IMG/VR virus record: IMGVR_UViG_3300045993_000281
Coordinates: 1 to 33,090 of that record
Direction: 5' to 3' (one strand)
Length of the DNA stretch: 33,090 nucleotides
Origin: a virus
Lineage: Duplodnaviria; Heunggongvirae; Uroviricota; Caudoviricetes
A model generated the notes under the pieces. It saw nothing but the letters and a program-made list of their open reading frames with translations. It was not told the DNA's origin and did no database searches. The position numbers and the translations under genes were made by a program. Positions within the stretch are counted from its first letter, which is position 1, and each line of letters begins with the position of its first letter. Below are positions 6,558-14,869 of the stretch, piece after piece.

Positions 6558-8421
6558 ACCAATCTTTTCCAATCTTACCTCCACCGTCCATTATTGTAAC
6601 GCCGAAAAGTTTCGGCCCTTCTTGAAACGCCTTTACACCTAACTCCTTTGCCCGTTCCGCATGTTCTTCCGGAACCATAAAGTCTAGCTCATCGTGCATG
6701 AATATCAGCGGTCTGTATGGAATCCCCTCTTCCTCTAAGTACTGCATAAGGAGCATACAAGCGCCAGCACAAGTTGCCTTCTCACAAGCTTGCAACAAAT
6801 ACACTAGTAATTTATGAAAGCTATCGCAATAAATCTTGTTGCCAGCGATACCTTCAATATATCCAGCATTACCGAATTGCCGCGTCTTTGCAAACATGGC
6901 TTCCAGCTTTTCTACCAGAGTCTTGAATCCTGGCACTGCCTTTGTAAAGCCTAGCTTCAGGCGTTTACCTTTTTCGCTATCGATTTTTCCGAAGATGTAA
7001 CTCCACAACTTATCTCCAGATGCTCCAAAGAGGAAGGCGTACAGAATCCTTTTCGCAGCGGATCGAGGGACTACATAATCAATCCCCATCTCTTTCAGTA
7101 CAGCCGTGAGCGCGTTAGCATTATACTGGTGAATATCTCCGTGCAGTAGTTGATGTGTAAACTCTGGGGATTTCAGATAGTGCGCCAAGCCACGTGCTTG
7201 GTTACCTGCGCTATCGCAACCTATCAGTTTCCATCCAGGTAGGCATCCAAATAGACCACGCATTTCTTTCCCCCACACACTATCCGCGCTAGGAACATTC
7301 ACGATGGTAGTATGCGTAGCCCTCATAGAAGGTGTACCGATGGTGAAGCACTTTCCGTGTAACATACCCTCAGAGTCGCAGTTAGCCAGCCACCCTTTCA
7401 GGAGACCATGTCTTGACTTTGTGGTAAGAAAGTCACAATACATCTTACCATCACCGTCCATGCATTCTAGACTGTCTTCTGTGATCTTTGGTGATGTCTT
7501 TACCTTTCTCGTACGTTCACTGCCCTCGATTGGCTCTTGCTTAGTGTTCCATTCAGTTGGAACCCAACCATTCCTGAAAAGGAATATCTTTACATCAGCT
7601 ACACTATCCAAATCTAGCATTTCGAATGTTACACGGCTATACTCACCTTCAACTAATCGATTCAAATCCTGCCCTGTTTCAGGCAGTATACCGAACCAGT
7701 TTGCTGTGTGTAAATTATAATCGCCATTCTTGATCCATTTCGGAATCTTTGGTTCAACTACACCTAGCTTCTTATCGACGGCAATTGTCTTACTCCCAAG
7801 ACGCGGCAGTAACTTATCCCTGACAGCGTTCATCTCAGCTTCCATTAATTCGAACAGAGCGTTCCCTGCTTCTCGATTAAATGGCCATCCGCCAATTTCA
7901 GCGTCAGTGCACCATTTAGATGTAGCGTGTTCTGCAAGCATATAGTCAGCAATCTGTGGTCTACGTTCAAACAGTGTAGTGAATTCACTAAAGAGACACT
8001 TGTAGACTTTTGTGGTTAGCACTAAGTCTTGCTGCCAGTATATCCACATTTCTTCCGAATACTGGGAAAAATCTTCGAACTCTAACTTAGGACAACACAG
8101 GAATTCACCCCAACGCGCTAAGCCATGTCCATCAGCACCGAACCTTTTATAGTTAAGTATCTGGGACATGATCATAGTGTCGTGGAGTTTTGTTCCTTTC
8201 TTAGGCGCCCATTTGAATAGCTTCTTGAGCACTGGCAAATCGAAGCCGATAATATTGTGGCCGACAATCAGCTTCATTTTATCGAATTCCTCCATCCAAC
8301 CTAGATCACCATCGAGCCATGTCTTTATCTCTCCGGTGTCCAAGTCGCGATATCCAATAATCCAGCATCTCGTGCATTCATGCAGCAGCCCGTCAGACTC
8401 TACGTCCACGACACCTCTCAT
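6544..8421 (-). CDS. Family A DNA polymerase with 3'-5' exonuclease (T7 gp5-like)
   Basis: ExoI DVESDGL, ExoII GHNIIGFDLPVL, ExoIII YWQQD; motif A GCDSAGNQAR, motif B AKRILYAFLFG, motif C MHDEL. Confidence 0.95.
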   Translation of the reverse strand: MRGVVDVESDGLLHECTRCWIIGYRDLDTGEIKTWLDGDLGWMEEFDKMKLIVGHNIIGFDLPVLKKLFKWAPKKGTKLHDTMIMSQILNYKRFGADGHGLARWGEFLCCPKLEFEDFSQYSEEMWIYWQQDLVLTTKVYKCLFSEFTTLFERRPQIADYMLAEHATSKWCTDAEIGGWPFNREAGNALFELMEAEMNAVRDKLLPRLGSKTIAVDKKLGVVEPKIPKWIKNGDYNLHTANWFGILPETGQDLNRLVEGEYSRVTFEMLDLDSVADVKIFLFRNGWVPTEWNTKQEPIEGSERTRKVKTSPKITEDSLECMDGDGKMYCDFLTTKSRHGLLKGWLANCDSEGMLHGKCFTIGTPSMRATHTTIVNVPSADSVWGKEMRGLFGCLPGWKLIGCDSAGNQARGLAHYLKSPEFTHQLLHGDIHQYNANALTAVLKEMGIDYVVPRSAAKRILYAFLFGASGDKLWSYIFGKIDSEKGKRLKLGFTKAVPGFKTLVEKLEAMFAKTRQFGNAGYIEGIAGNKIYCDSFHKLLVYLLQACEKATCAGACMLLMQYLEEEGIPYRPLIFMHDELDFMVPEEHAERAKELGVKAFQEGPKLFGVTIMDGGGKIGKDWYEIH

Positions 8422-8428
8422 GATTGCC

Positions 8429-9046
8429 TCAACTCAATAACTTATCTATTTCTTCTACTCGTATGGGCTTGTTTCCGTTCTTTATGTATGCAGCAAGGAA
8501 ACGAATGTACCATACAGATTTTAGCAACTCCTGAACGTCATTGTCTTTCTGCCCAAGTCTGTCCAGATACTTTCGTGCCTGTAATTCGACAGATGCTTTG
8601 AAGCAATCAGGATCACGGAAACGTGGAAGATACTGCATAACCTCCAACCATTGCATATCTTTCACGTATCCTTGATAGTGTGATGGATTAATCGGGTCAG
8701 GCTTTTTGATAAAACCAGGTTCACCGACTTTGGAATAATGCGCAAAGAAACCGTCACCTGCAGTTAGCCCTTGATTCAGATGAATACCAGTCTCAGATTC
8801 ATCGAATGGTTTCCAAGCAAAATTCCTTTCCAGCGTCTGGCGCCATTCCATCACGTCCTCAGGTGTATGTAACTCTCTGGAACTATGAACATCTACCCCA
8901 TCACTAATATTTACCCACGGTGTGCCGCCATCTGATCTTATTGTAGCTACAGCAGCTTCCACTTGGTTAAAATTATCTGTCGTATCCTTTCGAATACGCC
9001 CAGAATACACATCATAGGTGTATCTCATGCTGTCTATCTTAGCCAT
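8429..9046 (-). CDS. DUF3310 domain protein (T7 gp1.7 nucleotide kinase / SaV-like) with N-terminal extension
   Basis: INPSHYQG...EV...KYLDRLGQKD...ELLKSVWYIRFL signature. Confidence 0.75.
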   Translation of the reverse strand: MAKIDSMRYTYDVYSGRIRKDTTDNFNQVEAAVATIRSDGGTPWVNISDGVDVHSSRELHTPEDVMEWRQTLERNFAWKPFDESETGIHLNQGLTAGDGFFAHYSKVGEPGFIKKPDPINPSHYQGYVKDMQWLEVMQYLPRFRDPDCFKASVELQARKYLDRLGQKDNDVQELLKSVWYIRFLAAYIKNGNKPIRVEEIDKLLS

Positions 9047-9272
9047 GATCGTACTCGCTCTGCACCATTGAAGGTGTTATATGTTTCCTGTAAATTTCCT
9101 GCTTTGCACTCTCAATAGCCCCAACCGCTTGATTGGGGCTGCCGCCATGTTTGATCATATACTGCTTTGTCAACAATAGTATGGCATATGTTAATTCATG
9201 GTCAGATTCGAGAACACAAGCGCTGACTGGGCTGCTATCAATAGCGTCCCTAGCTCTTTTGTTGATTCTCAT
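9039..9272 (-). CDS. Conserved small phage protein
   Basis: ELTYAI...VGAIESAKQEIYRK..TP pattern resembles a widespread small phage family (possibly DUF6899-like). Confidence 0.65.
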   Translation of the reverse strand: MRINKRARDAIDSSPVSACVLESDHELTYAILLLTKQYMIKHGGSPNQAVGAIESAKQEIYRKHITPSMVQSEYDHG

Positions 9273-9281
9273 ATCTAGCCT

Positions 9282-9833
9282 TTAAAATTTGCTGGTATCA
9301 ACTGCCCTAGCAGGTGCGCCACTTGGCTCGCTACCTTCTGCTACCTCATCATCGTCCGGTGGCAAGACTTCGGTCTCTGCCTCTTCGAACTCTTCCATGG
9401 GTTTCGGTATATACAACTTGTGTTTTATCAACTGCACAGCCATCAATACACTCGAGATTCCTGTTTTGCCTTCGAAAGTGTAGTTGTGCTGAAAGATACG
9501 AATACTTGCAATACTGCCATTTCCGATTGAATTTGGATCAACATCCGCGCCCTTGCCGTCTACGACTTGTACTGGTGCTGTAGGTTCAAATACGTCTTTG
9601 CTGACTTCCTTGAGGCTCTTCTTTTTCAAATTGACGCGGTAATAATCCAAGTTGTCATCTTTGTCCATTACTGGCTTAACCTTCAGATTAAGCGCTTCCC
9701 AGGACTTCTTGACTTCCTTATCTTTCGTGCGAATTTGAAGCTCCCAAGTTGGATTCTTGGGACTGAACTTCTTAGCAGGCCTTTTTGGGTCAAGTTTTGT
9801 AAACCAGATTTCAGCGTTTTTAATAATAGCCAT
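9282..9833 (-). CDS. Single-stranded DNA-binding protein (T7 gp2.5-like)
   Basis: beta-rich OB-like core with IGNGSIASIRI, acidic tail (EEFEEAETEVLPPDDDE) and terminal Phe; located upstream of the polymerase. Confidence 0.8.
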   Translation of the reverse strand: MAIIKNAEIWFTKLDPKRPAKKFSPKNPTWELQIRTKDKEVKKSWEALNLKVKPVMDKDDNLDYYRVNLKKKSLKEVSKDVFEPTAPVQVVDGKGADVDPNSIGNGSIASIRIFQHNYTFEGKTGISSVLMAVQLIKHKLYIPKPMEEFEEAETEVLPPDDDEVAEGSEPSGAPARAVDTSKF

Positions 9834-9858
9834 TTGTTATCCCTATATGATTTTAAGC

Positions 9859-9874
9859 GCCTCACCTTTGAGGC
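9859..9874 (-). other. Short hairpin in the SSB leader
   Basis: GCCTCA-AAGG-TGAGGC, extendable by U.G and G-C pairs on the minus strand. Confidence 0.4.
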
Positions 9875-9886
9875 ACCGTTGTAACA

Positions 9887-9904
9887 TTAATTTAACGGGG
9901 TCGC
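9887..9904 (-). promoter_or_regulatory. Candidate phage-RNAP promoter, copy 1
   Basis: GCGACCCCGTTAAATTAA; 17/18 identical to 24961..24978; intergenic, upstream of SSB. Confidence 0.6.
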
Positions 9905-9929
9905 TGAACAATCATACCTACTTTTGTTA

Positions 9930-10127
9930 CTACTCTTCTTTCCACAACTCATCCCACTCTTGTGCAGGGATTCCACTTAGTATAAACTCGCGCTCTGCTG
10001 GTGACAAATTTGGCATGGCGACTTGGATAAACGTGCCGCTTGCAAAATCGTCCAATTGCGCTTGCGTTACATCGATTTCTATTTCATTCACTACACCGCT
10101 AAGCGGGCTTGTCTTTTTGATTAACAT
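9930..10127 (-). CDS. Conserved small phage protein
   Basis: Start reassigned to ATG 10127 (GGAG upstream); IQVAMPNLSPAEREFILSGI..QEWD motif is common in phages. Confidence 0.7.
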   Translation of the reverse strand: MLIKKTSPLSGVVNEIEIDVTQAQLDDFASGTFIQVAMPNLSPAEREFILSGIPAQEWDELWKEE

Positions 10128-10611
10128 TTGACTCCCAAAAGCCTTTTGTGGCATTGATGGACGCGGCAACGTTCATGCACTGGTTTGCAACGTCCTTTGG
10201 TATAAAGTACGCTGGACCACCTGAATCGTTCCATATCATTACCAAAAATACCATCGCGTTGTCAGGAAACATCCATTCGCATACATCGAAGGAATCTGCG
10301 GCTTCATACAAACTAAGCCACCGATCTCCAGCGGCAGTCGATATGCTCGTCGATATCTCTTTTAGGTCTTCGACTGTTTCACACAAGTATACATTGCCAC
10401 CAAGATGACTCGAAAATGAGTTCAGTGATATCTTCGCACCAAACAAATCATCTCTGAATATCTTGCGCATCTTGCCCAAGTCCATCGGACGTTGTAATTC
10501 ACATGCATCATTGAAGTAGATGTATGAGATATACATGAGAATGTCCTCAGGACATTTGTGGTCGAAGTGCAAGTCCCACATCTCTTTAAGATTGTCCCCA
10601 AGTTTAATCAT
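10099..10611 (-). CDS. Hypothetical protein
   Basis: 170-aa ORF; GGNVYLCE...WNDSGGPAYFIP. Confidence 0.7.
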   Translation of the reverse strand: MIKLGDNLKEMWDLHFDHKCPEDILMYISYIYFNDACELQRPMDLGKMRKIFRDDLFGAKISLNSFSSHLGGNVYLCETVEDLKEISTSISTAAGDRWLSLYEAADSFDVCEWMFPDNAMVFLVMIWNDSGGPAYFIPKDVANQCMNVAASINATKGFWESNVNQKDKPA

Positions 10612-10916
10612 TTCTGCTCAAACATTATCTGTTCTGCTGCACGTAGTTGCATCGTGTTAAACTTATACTTCATGAGAGCCTTCTGGGGTATTGTGTGTAA
10701 TGAAACATACGAATACTCGATCAGCAGCGGTCGGTTAGTTGTTATACTGCTACTGTACCTAAACCAATTTCCACGACGCCTCTCGATGAAAAGATAGATC
10801 GCTAATCGCGTTACTCCGTTAGTAGAACGGGTAGTTTTAAATAGGCGATAGACCTCACGTAGTGTGTCTGCTGCTACTTGATTCAGCTTCCAAAACTCTT
10901 CTTCGTGCTTGCTCAT
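10608..10916 (-). CDS. Hypothetical protein
   Basis: 102-aa ORF with 4-nt overlaps at both ends. Confidence 0.65.
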   Translation of the reverse strand: MSKHEEEFWKLNQVAADTLREVYRLFKTTRSTNGVTRLAIYLFIERRRGNWFRYSSSITTNRPLLIEYSYVSLHTIPQKALMKYKFNTMQLRAAEQIMFEQK

Positions 10917-11278
10917 ATGATTGGTCCTCTAGTTGCAAAAGAATAGTTATTTAATTCACTTGGGGAAAGGCCAGCAAGAAAAACTTCAACAGCTAGCCCA
11001 TCCTCATGCAGTGCCTTGAAATGCTCTGCGTTTCTACCAGATATGTCGTAGTGCTCACCGTCGAACATAAGCCAATAGTGTGTCAGTTCTCGAGAGTACA
11101 GTACATGCGAACCTGGGATCAATTCTTTCAATGCAAAAGCGAGATTACCACAATTACCATTACTAAATACTTCAATGATAATCCCAGAAGCACCATCTGC
11201 CTCATTTTCAGGCCCAAGATCATACATTACGCCACGTAGTAGCGCAATCGCCGCTGTTATTTGTTCATGCGAATGCAT
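10913..11278 (-). CDS. Hypothetical protein with possible papain/transglutaminase-like Cys-His-Asp triad
   Basis: C43 (NGNCGNLAFAL), H67 (THYWL), D78 (HYDISG). Confidence 0.6.
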   Translation of the reverse strand: MHSHEQITAAIALLRGVMYDLGPENEADGASGIIIEVFSNGNCGNLAFALKELIPGSHVLYSRELTHYWLMFDGEHYDISGRNAEHFKALHEDGLAVEVFLAGLSPSELNNYSFATRGPII

Positions 11279-11280
11279 AT

Positions 11281-11880
11281 TTATACTGACATTCCTCTTA
11301 GATCCACTGTAATCAGTGGGATAGGTGGCCCAATTACTTTTTTACAACCACGATGCCATGTCTCGTCATTTGTCGTTGATGGTGTTCGTTTCACTTCGCC
11401 TCGTTGCCTTAATGGTTTTAATATATGTTCATTCTTCTCAAACATACAGGCCGGAGGCAGTCTGAATCGCATCTCGCCATTGCTGAAATAAACACTTGAC
11501 AGAATTTTCAATCCACTCTCATCCACTTCTTGTGGGCCGAGTTCTTTGATCGAACAACGAAACAGAGTGGGGAACTGAATATACCCAGCATCTGTTAATT
11601 TATAACCTTCGCGTATATAGACTTTTTCGCCTTTATGTGTATGCCAACCGAATGGGCCCGGCCACATATAGAACAATCCATCTTCCCGCATTTCACCAAC
11701 GAAACGCATAATATCGTCATCGGCGTAATTGAAGTAACTACGCGCAAACTCGATGGTGGCCTTACTAAGTGTTGCACCTAAATAACCGCATAACATTTTT
11801 GCCTTACTTCCATTAGCAAGTATACGATTCCTTAAAGACCGGTTACGACTGAACACAGCACTGACTTCCATTTTTTCCAT
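11281..11880 (-). CDS. Hypothetical protein immediately downstream of RNAP
   Basis: 199-aa ORF, 5 nt after the RNAP stop. Confidence 0.7.
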   Translation of the reverse strand: MEKMEVSAVFSRNRSLRNRILANGSKAKMLCGYLGATLSKATIEFARSYFNYADDDIMRFVGEMREDGLFYMWPGPFGWHTHKGEKVYIREGYKLTDAGYIQFPTLFRCSIKELGPQEVDESGLKILSSVYFSNGEMRFRLPPACMFEKNEHILKPLRQRGEVKRTPSTTNDETWHRGCKKVIGPPIPLITVDLRGMSV

Positions 11881-11885
11881 TTGAT

Positions 11886-14180
11886 TTACGCGAATGCGTA
11901 CTCACTGTCTAAGATTAGATTAATATCGAGATTCCCCATTTCTACTTTTGAGACGTCACCATTTATGTCGCGCATGATAGATGTAAGCGGATCATGCGAG
12001 TACAACTCTACAAAGGACTCCCGTATGATTACAAATAAATCTGCCATATCGCCAAGCAAACAACCGAAACTATCATGAATGGTAGTCACTGGAAAGTCTG
12101 CTCTATTTACTGCTATCGTCAAATGCGCAGCATCAAGGCTGTGTATTGCATTTGGACTTGCCCCTTGGCTTTGTTTCTTCTTACTTAATTGTGTGGTTTC
12201 CAGAAAACATATAGCTAGTTGAAATGTGTTTTCATAGTAGCCTGTCGAATTACGGATGCCTACTGGTGGGCCATATTGCACCCATATCTTCTTAACCGTA
12301 CCTTCGGTGTAGTGTTGCGTGACAGGGAAGCCTGTTCCAGGAACCTTCCATGATAGGAATTGTCCGGCAGTTTCTGCAGCCTTACCAGCAGCTTCAAATA
12401 CACTTAGGAGTTGCATGGGCCTCTTTAAAGATACTCGGCAGTCTTCATAGACTTCACGCCCCATATAGGAACCCCATTTGTGTTCCATGGCAAACAACTG
12501 CTCAATGCCGTGTTTTCTAGCATCATCAATCTGCTGCTGACCTAGCCCATATGCTGTTCCGCCGTAGGGCAGCGTCATGATGTTTCTCTTTACTATCTTT
12601 CGCCTATGCTTCCCATCTTTGATTCTGTTCCAATAAACAGGGCATGCCATTGCAATCAAATCTATACGACTCTTTTTGAACGCCATTATCTCTGTTATTA
12701 ATTCTTTTCTCCTGTCGCTCTTAAGGGGTGCTTCTGATATTTGGCGTTTGAAATCCGCCAGATTATCAATCAAATTTTCGCAGTCTTCCACATCAGTTGC
12801 CGACATTTCGCTTACAGCCAATTCAATCCTACGCCACACATGGTCTGCTACGTACTTATACAAATCGCCAGGTAATGGACTCGGCACGAGGTTAACGTGA
12901 GGTGCAGTTACTTCGTCCCTTGTAAGTGCCGATAAGTGTTGGCTACCGTTATTACTCCCATCGATATAACACTCAAGATGCGACTCGTAATTGTATAGAA
13001 GCAAGTCCCAATCATCGCTATCAGTTGGGTCTACTTCTCTTAATTGATGTACGTGAGCATCTTGCCACTCTCTCAATTTCTTTAGTTCCATGCATGCCGA
13101 CAAGAACTGCCAAGGCTTATCAGCTTGCATCCAACCTTGATTAACCTTTGGCGACTCGGCATAAGACAGTATTATTTCTTCATTGTCTAGCACCCAATAG
13201 ACTCTGTCATTGAGGGGGATTTTATCAGTCTTGTAGCCATCCAATCTCCCCGCGTCGCCAGCCCAATTCGATGCAATTGAGATAAGTAGCCAGAAGTAGC
13301 CCTGCTCTCCAATGGACTTGCTATCAGCACGGAGTAGGAGTCCTTTGGCGAGGTCCGTTCCTTGTTCATGAAGGTAAGCCGTAGCTGGATACTTTCTCCC
13401 ACGAAAGTCGTAGTAATAGAGATGAAAGAATACTTTACCAATAAACCTGCTAGCGATGCTACCAATAGCCTTTGCTTCCCGAATCTTCGACTGCTTGGCC
13501 TCGGGATTGTGCATTTCCCAGATGTCTGCGAAGGCGTCTGTTTTGTTTCTAAGGGCCCACGTATAGATAGGGTAGATGTCTTCATTTATTTTCCATCCAA
13601 CAGCTTGCGCTTTATTTAAACAATTAAATACCAATGGATGTGTTTCTGGTGTAAGTTCTTTCAACACATCCTTGCTTGAAGTTTTTACCATAGTAACACC
13701 TGTGACATGTTTAGTGTCAGTCCAGGGGCAGTATGGGGTTTCGCTGGGCAATTTTTCAGTTTTGTTTAGGTGTAAGCTATCCCACATCTTGGATAACTCT
13801 TCCTCATTAATAATCTCTATGACATACGTTTGGTGGCCATTGCCAGCTTTTCCGAGTATGACCTTTATAATTTCAAAAGCCTCGAAAGAGTATAGAACAA
13901 ACGCTCCTGCTTTTGCGGCAATCGCACTGTCCTTTTTTAGTTTATACTTAGTCCTCACACCATGACCAATAGCACTAATAACCTCCGTCATAAGTACCAT
14001 CTTCTTATCCACACCACGCCCAGTACGTGAGTATAAATAGAGGATGCCTACGGAGGCGTCTACTAAATCCTCTATGTTTACCATAGGGTCTGCTAGAAAC
14101 TTCACCGGATTTTGTGGTGCAATTTCAGATGCAATTCTTTGCATTAAGGATGCGATTAGTTTTTGTTTTATCGTTTCCAT
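11886..14180 (-). CDS. Single-subunit T7-type DNA-dependent RNA polymerase
   Basis: YDFRGRKYP, motif A IDGSNNGSQH, motif B RKIVKRNIMTLPYG, PNAIHSLDAAHL, motif C IHDSFG, C-terminus EYAFA (T7 ends FAFA). Confidence 0.97.
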   Translation of the reverse strand: METIKQKLIASLMQRIASEIAPQNPVKFLADPMVNIEDLVDASVGILYLYSRTGRGVDKKMVLMTEVISAIGHGVRTKYKLKKDSAIAAKAGAFVLYSFEAFEIIKVILGKAGNGHQTYVIEIINEEELSKMWDSLHLNKTEKLPSETPYCPWTDTKHVTGVTMVKTSSKDVLKELTPETHPLVFNCLNKAQAVGWKINEDIYPIYTWALRNKTDAFADIWEMHNPEAKQSKIREAKAIGSIASRFIGKVFFHLYYYDFRGRKYPATAYLHEQGTDLAKGLLLRADSKSIGEQGYFWLLISIASNWAGDAGRLDGYKTDKIPLNDRVYWVLDNEEIILSYAESPKVNQGWMQADKPWQFLSACMELKKLREWQDAHVHQLREVDPTDSDDWDLLLYNYESHLECYIDGSNNGSQHLSALTRDEVTAPHVNLVPSPLPGDLYKYVADHVWRRIELAVSEMSATDVEDCENLIDNLADFKRQISEAPLKSDRRKELITEIMAFKKSRIDLIAMACPVYWNRIKDGKHRRKIVKRNIMTLPYGGTAYGLGQQQIDDARKHGIEQLFAMEHKWGSYMGREVYEDCRVSLKRPMQLLSVFEAAGKAAETAGQFLSWKVPGTGFPVTQHYTEGTVKKIWVQYGPPVGIRNSTGYYENTFQLAICFLETTQLSKKKQSQGASPNAIHSLDAAHLTIAVNRADFPVTTIHDSFGCLLGDMADLFVIIRESFVELYSHDPLTSIMRDINGDVSKVEMGNLDINLILDSEYAFA

Positions 14181-14189
14181 GATCTTTAC

Positions 14190-14318
14190 TTAGTTTTGTT
14201 TTCGCTTGTTACATATCCAGACAAAGATACACAAGCCAATTATTATTGAAAGGTCAATTGGTAGATGGGTGACAACTCTTACCAACGTACAGATTAAAAC
14301 AAATTGGAATACTTTCAT
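14190..14318 (-). CDS. 42-aa membrane micro-protein
   Basis: MKVFQFVLICTLVRVVTHLPIDLSIIIGLCIFVWICNKRKQN; GAGAG upstream; hydrophobic with basic tail. Not in the ORF track. Confidence 0.6.
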   Translation of the reverse strand: MKVFQFVLICTLVRVVTHLPIDLSIIIGLCIFVWICNKRKQN

Positions 14319-14341
14319 CGTACTCTCTTGTGGTTGCTACG

Positions 14342-14401
14342 AAAAAAAAAAAAAAATATACGACAGAGACCACTAAACCCGTGGGGGAGTAGTGGTCTCT
14401 G
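14342..14401 (-). terminator. Hairpin plus U15 tract, terminator-like
   Basis: 12-bp stem CAGAGACCACTA/TAGTGGTCTCTG (14364..14401), then 7 nt, then 15 T on the minus strand. Confidence 0.55.
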
Positions 14402-14412
14402 CAGTAGAGGAT

Positions 14413-14733
14413 TTAAAGTATTTCGTAGTTAACAACGCCAATCAACTTCTGTAATCTCGCTACTTTTTCCTCTTCGATGAAGAACGGAATGTTATCACTG
14501 AAGTGCGCTATGCCACGCACGTAAGTCGGATTATACCAAGAACTCGGCGCTGCCCATGATATCCGTATAATGCTAGTTACGAATAAATTCTTCGCAACAA
14601 ACTTTCGGACTGAGGGAGTGAAACTTGAAGGCAAGACCAGACTAGACAATGTACTGTCCAAATCTACTTTGTCTTTTACAGCTGCACGAGCTTCAAAAAA
14701 GAACCCGTGTATTACAACCTCCTTATGTGACAT
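14413..14733 (-). CDS. Hypothetical protein
   Basis: Start reassigned to ATG 14733 (MSHK; GGAGG 5 nt upstream). Confidence 0.65.
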   Translation of the reverse strand: MSHKEVVIHGFFFEARAAVKDKVDLDSTLSSLVLPSSFTPSVRKFVAKNLFVTSIIRISWAAPSSWYNPTYVRGIAHFSDNIPFFIEEEKVARLQKLIGVVNYEIL

Positions 14734-14858
14734 ACCGGCCTCCACGCTCGATAAACGCAAATGAATGGACACGTAATTACTGCCCAAACAGTCTTGATCA
14801 CATTTGCAGTATGCGCAGCCGATACTCGTAAATCTTGAATATCGGCTGCAGTCAGCAT
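14712..14858 (-). CDS. Possible 48-aa protein
   Basis: MLTAADIQDLRVSAAHTANVIKTVWAVITCPFICVYRAWRPVCHIRRL fills the gap after 14870; weak SD. Confidence 0.35.
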   Translation of the reverse strand: MLTAADIQDLRVSAAHTANVIKTVWAVITCPFICVYRAWRPVCHIRRL

Positions 14859-14869
14859 TTGTTTCGAGT

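Noticed and set aside
3426-9046. 2-aminoadenine (Z-genome) pathway suggested by MazG-like plus unusual PolA
   Set aside because: No PurZ or HD-domain DatZ-like gene is visible in the window; not supportable without the rest of the genome.
11886-14180. N4-like (Schitoviridae) assignment
   Set aside because: The RNAP is a single polypeptide rather than split in two, there is no giant virion RNAP in view, and a tape measure tail is present.
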